Shown in pieces: positions 18,069-28,390 of a stretch of DNA of 54,319 nucleotides. Source of the DNA: an uncultured Bdellovibrionales bacterium (lineage in GTDB: Bacteria; Bdellovibrionota; Bdellovibrionia; Bdellovibrionales; JAGQZY01); assembly GCA_965368905.1 (NCBI GenBank), contig CBDUOS010000003.1:1-54319 (forward strand), given 5' to 3'. A program made the translations under genes and the position numbers. Numbering within the stretch: the first letter of the stretch is position 1; every line of letters starts with the position of its first letter. The notes under the pieces were generated by a model that was given only the letters and a program-made list of their open reading frames with translations, was not told the DNA's origin and made no database searches.

Positions 18069-19207
18069 TTATTGAACTGATCGCAACTTTTGCCTTTGCC
18101 ACCTCACCTTGCCAATCTGTCTCACCAGGTTCGACAGAGTACAGCGAGTTAACCAAAAAAGCTGAAAAGAAATTTGCCAATGCTGGAAACTTGGCAACCA
18201 TCGCCAGTGAAGCCGACTCGGTGCTAGCCAAATTGATTGCCAACAAGAGTCCTGTTCTGGTTAATTGGCTGCAAGAAAGAGAGCTCGACTCGGCTAAAGA
18301 GGATCAGATCGCTAAAGCTTGGCGCCTCTATTATTTTCATAAGTTTGTCGTCGACCGCTATCCCACGGATAACAAAGCCATCAACCGTAGTTTGGAAGGC
18401 TTGTTAAAAGATATGGATGACATGGCCTTTGATCAAAGTTTCAAAAGCAAGCTGGAGAAAATTCTAACGACTGTAAAAAAAGATGCGAAGAGGCGAATTC
18501 TCTCATGGCCCATCAAACAAAAAGATAAGCAAAGCATTACCCACAGAATTGATACCGTACAGTTGCGGTGGTTCAAGGGACTGGCCAGCAGTCCATATGC
18601 TAACAAACCTTTGAGTTACTTAGCCTCCAGCCTCTCTTATGACCCTAGCAAACACCAAATTCATGTGGGCATGAAAACCAAAAGTTATCCCACTGATGCC
18701 AGTCTCTACAGTGTTCTAGCCCACGAGATAGCGCACTCTTTTGATTCCTGCCAATGGGGTTTGTATATAAAAGGAGACTTTCCATTTAAAAAAGTGGAGT
18801 CTTGCATGCGAGCACTTGAAGGGATTCACGTCAAAGTTCGTGATGATAGCCATATGAAACAAGCCATTCTTGATGACGTCATTAGTAAAGAAATGTCACA
18901 AAGCTTACAACAGAATCCGACATGCAGCTTGCCCCAATATCCACCACGAGGTGTACAGAAAGACCAATGGCCCGAGGCCTTTTCAGATTGGTTTGCCGCT
19001 GAAATGTTTGCTTTTGGACATGAAAGAATAAAAGAACTCCCTCGCCCCGACCTGTGCCGAGATTTCAAAGCCAATCCCACATCCAGCCTTCTTTCTCCGC
19101 TGGACCGATTGCTCAAAATTTACCTCGCCCAGCCCAAGCTGGCCGCCCTGTGGCCGCAAGATCCGGCGCCCACTTACTGTGAGCTGGAAATCAAAACAGC
19201 TGATTAA
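18065..19207 (+). CDS. Putative secreted zinc metallopeptidase (gluzincin-like)
   Basis: HEIAH plus downstream EAFSD; several Cys; short hydrophobic N-terminus. Confidence 0.65.
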   Translation: MIIELIATFAFATSPCQSVSPGSTEYSELTKKAEKKFANAGNLATIASEADSVLAKLIANKSPVLVNWLQERELDSAKEDQIAKAWRLYYFHKFVVDRYPTDNKAINRSLEGLLKDMDDMAFDQSFKSKLEKILTTVKKDAKRRILSWPIKQKDKQSITHRIDTVQLRWFKGLASSPYANKPLSYLASSLSYDPSKHQIHVGMKTKSYPTDASLYSVLAHEIAHSFDSCQWGLYIKGDFPFKKVESCMRALEGIHVKVRDDSHMKQAILDDVISKEMSQSLQQNPTCSLPQYPPRGVQKDQWPEAFSDWFAAEMFAFGHERIKELPRPDLCRDFKANPTSSLLSPLDRLLKIYLAQPKLAALWPQDPAPTYCELEIKTAD

Positions 19208-19234
19208 TGAGGCGCATTCAGGACTTAGGTTCCG

Positions 19235-19283
19235 TTGACTTTCTACTTATTTACACATAATTTACATATTACTTACATAACAC
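19235..19283 (+). promoter_or_regulatory. lexA promoter with overlapping direct repeats (candidate operator)
   Basis: TTGACT-N17-TAATTT; TTACA at 19251, 19262, 19273. Confidence 0.55.
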
Positions 19284-19295
19284 GGAGGTTTAAGC

Positions 19296-19973
19296 ATGGA
19301 TTTGATTGGAAAAGATTTTCAACCCCTAACACCAAAAGAAAAAAACGTCTTAGAATTCATTGAGACTTATATTTCAGACAATGGGTATTCTCCCAGTTTT
19401 GTAGAAATAAAAGATCATTTCGGTTTTGCATCTAACAACTCAGTTCAAAACTACCTGCGCCAGTTGGAACAAAAGAACTATATTCACAACCCCGGCGGCA
19501 ATCAAAAAAGAGCCCTGCGAGTGATCCACTCAGCCCAAGCCCTTCCCGACAATTTACGAGAAATCCAAACTCGCCTCACACCCAATGTAACTGTTCCACT
19601 TTTAGGAACCGTCGCTGCCGGTGCACCGATCGAACATCTAAAACACGATGAGTATATTGATATACCGGTTTCACTGCTAAAGAATCCTGACCAAACCTAT
19701 GCCTTACAGGTGCAAGGGGACTCCATGATTGAAGATGGAATCCATGATGGCGACACCATCCTTGTGCAAAGGCAAGAATACGCCTCCGATGGCGAAATTA
19801 TTGTTGCAGTGGTAAATCATGAGGCCACTGTAAAAAGAATTTATCAACGTAAAAAGAAGCAGGGAAAAATCGAACTACGCCCCGCAAATTCCACCATGGA
19901 ATCTTTTTGGTTTCACCCAGAAGAAGTGGACATTCGTGGTATTGTTGTGGGATTGATTCGTAGGTACTCATGA
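19296..19973 (+). CDS. lexA: LexA repressor
   Basis: N-terminal wHTH (GYSPSFVEI), VAAG cleavage site, GDSM Ser, TVKR Lys. Confidence 0.97.
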   Translation: MDLIGKDFQPLTPKEKNVLEFIETYISDNGYSPSFVEIKDHFGFASNNSVQNYLRQLEQKNYIHNPGGNQKRALRVIHSAQALPDNLREIQTRLTPNVTVPLLGTVAAGAPIEHLKHDEYIDIPVSLLKNPDQTYALQVQGDSMIEDGIHDGDTILVQRQEYASDGEIIVAVVNHEATVKRIYQRKKKQGKIELRPANSTMESFWFHPEEVDIRGIVVGLIRRYS

Positions 19974-20971
19974 GAAAAGCTCTTTTTATTCGCCTAGATC
20001 GAATGGGCGATTTGGTATTAACACTTCCCTGTGACCAATTGGTGACAGGGGAATTCGACTGTCACTGGGTGACCCCCAAGGGGCTCGACTTTGTTGTGGA
20101 GTCATCTGCGGACCCGAAGAAGTTTGTGACCTTGGATAAAAGCAAAGCTTGGACCTCTTTTTGGACTTTTCGTAAGCATGTGAAAAAAGTGGCCCCGCAA
20201 GTTTCGGTTAGCTTCCATGTGCCCTGGTGGGTGAATTTCGCCCTATGGTCTTGTGGAGTTAAAGTTCGTGGTGGCGTTCTTTCACAATGGCACTCTTACC
20301 TATTCTTGAATAAAGGATTGCGCCAAAAACGATCACGAGTCGAAGCCCACGAAATGGAATACAATTTTCAACTGGTTGAATTTATTTTTAACCTGAAACG
20401 AAATCGAGAAAAATGGCAACCATTAAAACTAACAGCGAACGCTACTATCGATCTCGCCTTTGATACCAATCAGTCCTATTTTGTCGTTCACCCGGGGATG
20501 GGCGGCTCGGCTTTGAATTGGCCCACCCAGTCCTATACACAATTGGTCAACCAGCTAACAGAAAAAGCTATGGTGGTGATCACTGGAACCAAGTCAGATG
20601 ATCCCTATCTTTCCCCACTGAAATCGTCATTGAAAGATAACCACAAAGTTGTTTGGTTAGACAAACAACTGGATGGTTATCAGTTGTTGAAACTTCTAAG
20701 TCATGCCAATGCCACAATTGCCCCCAGCACTGGAGTGCTCCATTTGAGCGCTTCGCTGGGGGCAGCCTCTTTCGGCATCTACTCCCCTATCAAGGTGCAT
20801 CAAGCGGAGCGCTGGGGGCCAAAAGGCAACAAGACTGAAACTTTTACCCCAAAAGTGAACTGTCCGGCTCATTTTGAGTGCTTAAAACAAGAGTGCCCCC
20901 AGTTTTACTGTATGGATCACCTTCCCATCCAACCTGTTGTCGATGCGGCTCTAAAAGAACTCCCCCAATGA
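19970..20971 (+). CDS. Glycosyltransferase family 9 (heptosyltransferase-like)
   Basis: RLDRMGDLVL, HPG, NWP, STGVLHLSASLG, WGP. Confidence 0.9.
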   Translation: MRKALFIRLDRMGDLVLTLPCDQLVTGEFDCHWVTPKGLDFVVESSADPKKFVTLDKSKAWTSFWTFRKHVKKVAPQVSVSFHVPWWVNFALWSCGVKVRGGVLSQWHSYLFLNKGLRQKRSRVEAHEMEYNFQLVEFIFNLKRNREKWQPLKLTANATIDLAFDTNQSYFVVHPGMGGSALNWPTQSYTQLVNQLTEKAMVVITGTKSDDPYLSPLKSSLKDNHKVVWLDKQLDGYQLLKLLSHANATIAPSTGVLHLSASLGAASFGIYSPIKVHQAERWGPKGNKTETFTPKVNCPAHFECLKQECPQFYCMDHLPIQPVVDAALKELPQ

Positions 20972-21035
20972 CTTGAATAAATTGAAATTTCGGTCTTCAA
21001 TAGGGTGATTATTTTTACCTAATGAGGAGCGCCCT

Positions 21036-21590
21036 ATGAAAAAACATTTACTATTAATTATTGCCACATTTTTTATGGTGTCACAGGCTCATGCCATTAT
21101 TGAGCTGCGCGCTGGATACGGAGTACAAACGCCTGCAGATGATGACGTCAATTCCAACACCCTAAAATCTATGGCCGGTTTTAACCTGGATGCTATCTTG
21201 GAACTTCCAATGGTGCCTTTTGGGTTTGGTCTAAGATACGAAAGCTTAGGATCAGAAGTGGAGTTTACCGGAATTGCAACGGCCGATTCAACCTTTGAAA
21301 GAACTTCTTTGCTCATCAATTACAGAATCATTGACCTCTTTGCTTATTTTGGCTTGATTGGTTCGGTTGGTTTCGTCAATGATTTTGAAGTCAAAGCTCC
21401 TGCGCCTATTGGAACTTTAAAATTTGATGACAGTCTCACTTACTCTGTGGGAGCTGAAGGTGGACTATCTTTTGGCTTAATCATGGTTGGTGCTGAACTT
21501 GGATACATGATCGCAAAGCTTGAAGGCTCTGGAGTTGAAGCCGATTTAAGTGGCGTCTACGCCAAAGCCCTCGTTGGAGTTGGCTTCTAA
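21036..21590 (+). CDS. Outer-membrane beta-barrel protein
   Basis: Signal peptide ending AHA, alternating beta strands, C-terminal Phe. Confidence 0.8.
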   Translation: MKKHLLLIIATFFMVSQAHAIIELRAGYGVQTPADDDVNSNTLKSMAGFNLDAILELPMVPFGFGLRYESLGSEVEFTGIATADSTFERTSLLINYRIIDLFAYFGLIGSVGFVNDFEVKAPAPIGTLKFDDSLTYSVGAEGGLSFGLIMVGAELGYMIAKLEGSGVEADLSGVYAKALVGVGF

Positions 21591-21670
21591 TTTGTCTAAA
21601 CTTTTAACAGTTATAAAGACACTACATTGTAAATTTGAAATTTTTAGGTCAATGGACCTGAAAAGATTTT

Positions 21671-21697
21671 AAGGGCTTCAAAATGAAGCCCTTTTTT
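21671..21697 (+). terminator. Intrinsic terminator
   Basis: aagggcttca-aaa-tgaagccctt + T run. Confidence 0.85.
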
Positions 21698-21749
21698 CTT
21701 TCTATTTTTTCCATTCTCCCTCATCCTCTCAGGACTGAAAGGAGGGAGT

Positions 21750-22154
21750 ATGCGCGTATTATTATGCATTTTACTTCTATTCACAGCTCAGTTAAGCTTC
21801 GCCAAAGTCCAACTGGCCATCGATGAGATTGCCTCTGAAACAATTCGTTTCGAACGAAGGGGCGCAATCAGATTTGGGCCAATGCAAATGTTTTTCGCTG
21901 ACCAAAGTGGTGACAACTATGTACTCACTTGTTCCAGAAACAATCTGCAAGTCACACTTCTTAAATCTTCAAGTTTTTCCAATGCGATGGTTTCTGCCTA
22001 TCTTGAAAACTGCTTAGAGAAACTTCTTGAGCTTCGATCAGAAACAGACAACAGTGAAAAATTGGTATCGCTAGAATTCGAATACAAAAAAATTGTTCTG
22101 AATGGCAAAGTCACTTCTCGCAACGAAGTCTTTATTCATCCCCAATACCAATAA
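21750..22154 (+). CDS. Hypothetical secreted protein
   Basis: SD GGAGG, signal peptide ending SFA, two Cys. Confidence 0.7.
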   Translation: MRVLLCILLLFTAQLSFAKVQLAIDEIASETIRFERRGAIRFGPMQMFFADQSGDNYVLTCSRNNLQVTLLKSSSFSNAMVSAYLENCLEKLLELRSETDNSEKLVSLEFEYKKIVLNGKVTSRNEVFIHPQYQ

Positions 22155-22182
22155 AAAAAGCCCGAATGAATACGGGCCTTTC
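22153..22182. terminator. Probable terminator between convergent genes
   Basis: A run-gcccg..cgggc-cttt. Confidence 0.55.
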
Positions 22183-22224
22183 TGACTTAATTTGCAGAGG
22201 CACGACGTGCCTCCTAAAAAACTT

Positions 22225-24213
22225 TTACCAGATCTGAACCTGCTCATCCTTAGGCAAGTAAAGTTTATCCCCTGCCTTGCAGTTATACACTTTGTGAAAG
22301 TCCGGTTGGTGCTTCATCTGCTCATTCACACGTGCCCAAACTAAGGCATGGGGGTCTGTCTTCAAGCGCATTTCAACTTGCTTCGGTCGCATAACACCAC
22401 ACCAAGCTCTGGCGTACTGAAGAAAGAAATTTTTCGTAGCACGTTCTCGCCCCACTGGATCGACAGGCATGGTTTTCTTCGCGGCATTTAAAGCAAAGGT
22501 CACGCCGACCAAATCGCCAATGTTCTCACCTAGAGTGAGTTTTCCATCATGACCAGCCGCTTGAAATTGGGCGACAAGCTTTTCGCCACGTTTGCGAAAA
22601 GTATTAACATCGTTGGATGTCATCCACTGACGAACTTTTCCCTTCTCATCATACTTAGATCCCTGGTCATCCACGCCGTGGCCCAACTCGTGACCAACGA
22701 CAGCTCCCACAGCGCCAAGATTCACCCAATCAGGAAGTTTTGGATCATAGAATGGATACTGCAATATCCCAGCCGGCATTACGAATTTATTGCTGGTTGG
22801 CGAGTAGTAGGCATTCACTGTTAAAGGTCCCATGTACCATACACTCTTATCAACAGGCTTGGGTAGTCGAGCAAACTCTCTTGCAGAGAGCTTAGCACTC
22901 AACAACTCTTGGTTCTGAATGTACTGATCCGCTTTGTAACTAGCGACGGGATTGAAATCCCACTCTTTTTCAGTCTTTGGTTTAACGACCTGAAATGTGG
23001 CTTTCTTAATCTTTTTAATGGCATTGGCTTTAGACTTCTTTGACAGCCATTTATTGTGAACCAATCCATCAATAATAGACCCCCGTACTTTTTCGAGAAG
23101 ACCTACAAATTTCTTCTCCGGGAAGTTTGGAAAAAACTTATCAAAAAGTTCATGATCAATTTCTTTGGTGAATTTGCCCATAACATCTTCCGTACAACGT
23201 TCGTCTAGAGGTGAGCGCTTTGGTGGTCCACCTAAATACTTGTTCTGAAACGCAAAAGTCTTTTTGAAATACTTAGGAAAACCTTCATCAAGATGCTTTT
23301 CGATAGATTGGAAAAGGTAAGCACTTTTCAACTGATCCAGAGTGTACTTATCGACAGCCTTGTTAAGAAATACAAACGCCTTAGTCATCGGATTTCTAAT
23401 TTTGATTTTCTTAGGGATTTTCGCAAAAATAGGCCCCAAACGAAGGTTTTTGTAATTCAATAAATCCGACCTTTTTGAATAAGCCCGCTTAGACCAAAGA
23501 GGACGTCGTTCGGCTGGAGTCGGATAATTGTTGATATAGTCTTTTTCGAAAGTCGCCACCCATTCAGCTCTCTTTTCAGGGTTGTCCAATTGGGCTAACT
23601 TGAAAAAATCTGTAGCAATAGATTTGAACTCTTTCATCAACTCGGCATTTTCATAATAACTTTTATCAGGCATCGAGGTCATTCGCGCCGGCAAAATAAT
23701 GAAGTCGTATATATCACTATTATCGAGGTTGGCGATATTCCCATAACCGACATGGCCATCCAAACCTTTCAAAGACTGCTGAACCAAGTAGTCAACAAAG
23801 GCCTTTTTGGTTTTTAAATCTTGAACCTCTTTCACTCGGGTTGCCAACAGCGTTTTTTCTTCTTTGGCTCGAGCGTCCTCATTCATACATGAAAGATAGT
23901 AATCATGAAGCTGCTGACTCTTCTCATTGAAAGACTTCTTTTCTTTCAATTCTTTTAAGTAATCTTTTTTTGCATTGAGAACACGTTCATGAGAATCATT
24001 GAACGAGAATATATGACGACTGCGGTCTTCTCTTAACTGGAACTTGGCCAAAGCTGGGCCACAAGCATGCTTAAAGAAATCATTACAGGGGTTCACTGCA
24101 GGGTCCACTGGGAACTCCCGACGATCTGGGATTTCACTGGTTTTTTGACTGCTGGCACATGAAAACATGAGGCCACTGCAAAAGACCCCCAATACTACTA
24201 ATAACCTTTTCAT
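22225..24213 (-). CDS. M13 family (neprilysin/PepO) metallopeptidase, lipoprotein
   Basis: PCNDFFKHAC, VNAYY, HELGH, GENIGD, DPH; lipobox MFSC. Confidence 0.96.
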   Translation of the reverse strand: MKRLLVVLGVFCSGLMFSCASSQKTSEIPDRREFPVDPAVNPCNDFFKHACGPALAKFQLREDRSRHIFSFNDSHERVLNAKKDYLKELKEKKSFNEKSQQLHDYYLSCMNEDARAKEEKTLLATRVKEVQDLKTKKAFVDYLVQQSLKGLDGHVGYGNIANLDNSDIYDFIILPARMTSMPDKSYYENAELMKEFKSIATDFFKLAQLDNPEKRAEWVATFEKDYINNYPTPAERRPLWSKRAYSKRSDLLNYKNLRLGPIFAKIPKKIKIRNPMTKAFVFLNKAVDKYTLDQLKSAYLFQSIEKHLDEGFPKYFKKTFAFQNKYLGGPPKRSPLDERCTEDVMGKFTKEIDHELFDKFFPNFPEKKFVGLLEKVRGSIIDGLVHNKWLSKKSKANAIKKIKKATFQVVKPKTEKEWDFNPVASYKADQYIQNQELLSAKLSAREFARLPKPVDKSVWYMGPLTVNAYYSPTSNKFVMPAGILQYPFYDPKLPDWVNLGAVGAVVGHELGHGVDDQGSKYDEKGKVRQWMTSNDVNTFRKRGEKLVAQFQAAGHDGKLTLGENIGDLVGVTFALNAAKKTMPVDPVGRERATKNFFLQYARAWCGVMRPKQVEMRLKTDPHALVWARVNEQMKHQPDFHKVYNCKAGDKLYLPKDEQVQIW

Positions 24214-24296
24214 CGGTCCTCCTTAGGAAAAACAGATTAAAAATAGAATAAGGCTTGGAACCTGTAAAGGACTAGCCCCGCTTGAGGCTTAGAAAA

Positions 24297-25094
24297 TCAG
24301 GGGCGATGCGTCTGGTCGAAGTAAGACGATGCAATTCTGTCATGAGCTGCCTTGGCTAAATCACCATGGGACGCAAACTCCTTGGGGTCTAAGGGGCTCT
24401 GATAACTCACCTCTACCTCAAGCTCTTTGAGGCCCATGAGTTGGATAAAATGAGGAGCGAACGTCATATCATCGTACCAACAAACTTTGTCGCAGTTGGC
24501 CTCAGAGAAAGGCTCTCCGTTAATCGTCTTATATTTTAGGCAGATAGGTAGAATTGAGTACCCGGTTTGGAAAGGGACCCGGAACAAGGACTTCTTAAAA
24601 GGTAGAATATGAGTTCCATTGGTGCTCGTGCCTTCCGGAAAAATAAAGACATTGAAGCCGTCATTCAATAAATTCACCAAGGCTTGCACCTCGGACTTCA
24701 TTTTTCTGCGATTCACCCGATCAACAAAAAAAGAACCACCCAGCTTTGCCATATCACCCAAGAAAAAAGTTTTCTCCATTTCCACACTTGTTACAAAGAC
24801 GGCTGGCTGTACCGAACTGAGAACTAAAATGTCTAGGTACGACATATGATTGCAGACCATAAAATAATTTCGATCAAACAAATCTTCATGGGCTAACTTG
24901 GAGTTCACTTTGACGTTGAGCTTCTTCAACAATCGAGTTGAATTGTCTGCCGTGATTTGCAAGGCTCTTTGTCGTTTAAGCACATCGTTTTTACGATTGA
25001 TAACTTGATTGCCAAGCGCCTGCACCGTGTATCGTGAAACTTGGTAATTCGCATTTACAAAGTTTTTTCCAATGGACCAATCCAAAGGCATCAT
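24297..25094 (-). CDS. Lysophospholipid acyltransferase (PlsC-like)
   Basis: NHMSYLD, FVDR, FPEGT. Confidence 0.92.
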   Translation of the reverse strand: MMPLDWSIGKNFVNANYQVSRYTVQALGNQVINRKNDVLKRQRALQITADNSTRLLKKLNVKVNSKLAHEDLFDRNYFMVCNHMSYLDILVLSSVQPAVFVTSVEMEKTFFLGDMAKLGGSFFVDRVNRRKMKSEVQALVNLLNDGFNVFIFPEGTSTNGTHILPFKKSLFRVPFQTGYSILPICLKYKTINGEPFSEANCDKVCWYDDMTFAPHFIQLMGLKELEVEVSYQSPLDPKEFASHGDLAKAAHDRIASSYFDQTHRP

Positions 25095-25564
25095 TCAACG
25101 CTCCATGTGTCCACAGTGATTGTCGCTGATGATGAAATCGATTGTGAATCTTCATTGATCAAGTCATCGGTATCCGGCAACCCACCGCTGCCATCCAGGT
25201 CAACTTGAGCACAGACATCCATTCGACCAGTTAAAATTTCATTTACTGTGTCTGAAGTTTCAGGATTGGTCCAGTCAGTGACAATGCCATCACAGCCAGC
25301 GGTATCGCAATTCATTGTCACGGACCCTGTCGCAATTGGCTCAAAGTTCAAGCTGTCTCCACAACCTGATCGAGACATTCGAACAAATGCGGTTATAGAA
25401 TTTATATTGGCCGAACTGCATGGATTCCCCAAGCCCGTACTGTCGTCGACGGTACAGCCCACTCGTACATCGGGAATATTTACTATGGTGTCCGGAGCCT
25501 TTTCACAAGCAGCTAAAACTCCAATGAAAAGGAGGCATAAACTTTTATTGTAGAGCGTTTTCAT
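25091..25564 (-). CDS. Hypothetical Cys-rich lipoprotein
   Basis: Lipobox LAAC; start at MKTLY with SD GAGG. Confidence 0.7.
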   Translation of the reverse strand: MKTLYNKSLCLLFIGVLAACEKAPDTIVNIPDVRVGCTVDDSTGLGNPCSSANINSITAFVRMSRSGCGDSLNFEPIATGSVTMNCDTAGCDGIVTDWTNPETSDTVNEILTGRMDVCAQVDLDGSGGLPDTDDLINEDSQSISSSATITVDTWSVE

Positions 25565-25634
25565 AGGTGTCCTCTTTGAAATATGGCAATTTATAGCAGG
25601 CTCCGAGCAGAGCCACAATCGCCATTTGGTCATT

Positions 25635-28226
25635 TTATTGAGAAATTTTGTACTTATATTTCAAGGGTTTGGAGTTCTTGAAGTCGACAAAATACTGTCC
25701 AGACACTCGAGGGTCTTCTTCTAGGGGGGCGCAATAACCATAGATCTGAAATGGATTTTTCAAACCACGAAAAGGTTTGTACCAAACACCTGGCAGTGGT
25801 TTGGGGTCCTCACCTTTGATTTTGCGGAGTTTTTCTTGTTTTCGTCGATCACGTAAAAAATTGAGAACAAAAGTCGACTGGGTACCAAATGCCTCTAAGC
25901 CCAAACCACAAACCAAGTCTTTGTCTTTCTCTCTCTGCACCCACTCCAACCCATACCCGGTCCAGTAGGGATCACCATCACCTCGATAGAGTCCTGTTTG
26001 TAGGCGAATGCTCTCCACTTTTTCTGGGTTTGGAATTTCAAACTGAAATGGAAACTTAGAAACAGACCCGTGAATCGCACTCTTTTTGATTTCAAGGTTC
26101 ACACCATCCATCAATGGGTTTTGCTTTGCCTTGCCAGTTGCTATGAACTCTTGCAGGGCCTGCTTCTCCCAAAAATAAGGGTTTATCAAAAGGTGAGATA
26201 AAATAAATTTCCGAAAATTGTTCTCGATTATTTTTAGTAAATGATCATTGTGAACATTTAACAGTCGCGCCAAACAGTAAGTTCCTTCGGGCATCTCGGT
26301 ACAATAAGTGATGATATTGACAGCTTCAAAAAGCTTCACCCACTCACGTCGCCACAAACGCCCCAATCGGTCCTTCACTTCCGAGGTCACAATGTCCTCT
26401 TGCTGAATTTCGATTTCTTTGATTGTAAAATCTTTCATGGCTGCAGGGCGAATGAAGCGAGAGCTTGTATTGGCAATCACTCCATGCTCGCCAATAAAGT
26501 TCTTTAAAAAGAGTTTGATCCCAAAAAAACCATCGGTTCGTAAATCGCTGTCCCCATAAATCAACATCTGAGAGTGAGGAGCTCCGTAAGATAGACTTTG
26601 CAATCGTTCTTTTGAACCCGACTCATTCTTTGGTTCATAAAAAACGTCAGATTTTAACAAATCGATTTTTTCCTGACTCACTTCTATATTGTAACCGTAA
26701 GCTTGAAAATCAAACTTCTTTTCTTTTTCCAATTGCTTCTTATATTTTGTAAAATCAGCCTTAGAGGGGCTATCGATAAGCCCCGAAACAAAGGGATAGT
26801 AACGATCTTCAATTTTTGTGAAAACACTTTGTGACACGTCAAATTGTGACGGTAGGATCGCCGGAGTCTCTTCGGTCACGAAAGACTTCCAGTCCAATAC
26901 AATTTCGTTTTTCTTTTTTAAGATACCCTGGACTTCATAAAAGGTTTCAATCACTTTGGTATTAAGAGGAGTCAAAATCTTTTCATCACATTTGTCAAAA
27001 TCAATGGGAACAGTGATATCCACTTTGACTTCATTAAATACCTGAGAAATCTCTGGATACTCATCAAATTGAGGCAAATAAGGTAACGATAGAGCTTGCA
27101 ACATCATAGCTGGGCGAAAATTCAAAACACGCTTCATTGCCAGCTCTACGGTTTGCTCTTCTCCTCCCGATTCCACAAACTTCTCATAAGCTTTAATAAG
27201 GTCTCTTGAAGGTGTTCCTAAGTTAAAGTTTTCAGAGTTGGTGGCTGCGAAGACCAATGCCACCACATCTCCATCTTTGTTCAGTAACGGTCCCCCTGAG
27301 TTTCCAGGACTGGTTCCGGCACTGTATCTTAAAAACTTAACCGAGGGGTCATCCAAATCTGCGGTTTCGCTCGAAATAATCCCGTCGCGAATGGCGATTC
27401 CCTCTCCATGAACATTTCCCACCGTGTAAACTTTTTGTTCAATATCGTAACTGGACGCAAAGTTTAGGTAGCCATAAGATTCCATCCCTTCAGCTTCTAA
27501 ATAGAGAAAGTCTCGCTTTACATCGAAACCCAGAACCTTGTTAATCTTATGTGGCTGTCCATCTGACGTTTTTATATAGAAATCATTGTTAATATCGATA
27601 ACCACGCGGCCCAGTAAGCAATGAGCTGCGGTTAGCACAATATTCGGTCCGACAAGAAATCCAGTGCAGAACCCGCTGGAATCTTTGAAGTCAGTATCGG
27701 TTAATCCGGAGTACTTTTTAAAGTCTGCAATGGATTTTTCATCGCGATTGGTTTCAAACTCGACAATTTTGTCACGCACTCGGCTGATCAGTTTGGACTG
27801 TTGGATCGCTTCGGGTTCACTGCGTACCGCCATGTAAGCCAAGCCAACAACCAATAAAAAAGCAGCAACGCTGCTGGCAACAACCATCAATCTCTTCTTT
27901 ATTTTCTCTTGGTGTTCACCGTGGACAACAGAAAAGAGGCTCAATTTAGCCTCACCTTTTTCCACGTAACGTTGAGTGGCTAGGCCAATGTGATCGGTGA
28001 TACTAAAAACACCGGAATTGTCGATCACATGCTTGCGAGTTCCTTCATTGTTTTCATAAAACCACTGGTCTTCAGAGTTATAAATTTTCCCGTGATCTGG
28101 AGCTAACGAGAAATGCTGCACCACAATATTATTGTGGCTGGCTCGTCCGAGTGTGTATTCACCGGGCTCCAGCTCTAAGGTCTCAACAACCATATCCAAA
28201 TGTATAATGGCTAACTTCAATTTCAC
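25635..28226 (-). CDS. FHA domain - TM - trypsin-like serine protease with long C-terminal extension
   Basis: LGRASHN..H (FHA), one TM helix, TAAHC and GNSGGP. Confidence 0.85.
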   Translation of the reverse strand: MKLKLAIIHLDMVVETLELEPGEYTLGRASHNNIVVQHFSLAPDHGKIYNSEDQWFYENNEGTRKHVIDNSGVFSITDHIGLATQRYVEKGEAKLSLFSVVHGEHQEKIKKRLMVVASSVAAFLLVVGLAYMAVRSEPEAIQQSKLISRVRDKIVEFETNRDEKSIADFKKYSGLTDTDFKDSSGFCTGFLVGPNIVLTAAHCLLGRVVIDINNDFYIKTSDGQPHKINKVLGFDVKRDFLYLEAEGMESYGYLNFASSYDIEQKVYTVGNVHGEGIAIRDGIISSETADLDDPSVKFLRYSAGTSPGNSGGPLLNKDGDVVALVFAATNSENFNLGTPSRDLIKAYEKFVESGGEEQTVELAMKRVLNFRPAMMLQALSLPYLPQFDEYPEISQVFNEVKVDITVPIDFDKCDEKILTPLNTKVIETFYEVQGILKKKNEIVLDWKSFVTEETPAILPSQFDVSQSVFTKIEDRYYPFVSGLIDSPSKADFTKYKKQLEKEKKFDFQAYGYNIEVSQEKIDLLKSDVFYEPKNESGSKERLQSLSYGAPHSQMLIYGDSDLRTDGFFGIKLFLKNFIGEHGVIANTSSRFIRPAAMKDFTIKEIEIQQEDIVTSEVKDRLGRLWRREWVKLFEAVNIITYCTEMPEGTYCLARLLNVHNDHLLKIIENNFRKFILSHLLINPYFWEKQALQEFIATGKAKQNPLMDGVNLEIKKSAIHGSVSKFPFQFEIPNPEKVESIRLQTGLYRGDGDPYWTGYGLEWVQREKDKDLVCGLGLEAFGTQSTFVLNFLRDRRKQEKLRKIKGEDPKPLPGVWYKPFRGLKNPFQIYGYCAPLEEDPRVSGQYFVDFKNSKPLKYKYKISQ

Positions 28227-28390
28227 GGTCTGCTCACTCCGCCCCCGATATGATCAGATAATAGTACTTATATGTGTTTGAAGAGTAAAGCACTCTTGAC
28301 CCGATCTTACCCCTCCTTATAGGTTGCCCAAATAATAGTAAAGTTAAGTGCCCACACCGACCACGCTATTAGGACCCAAGGACTATTAGA

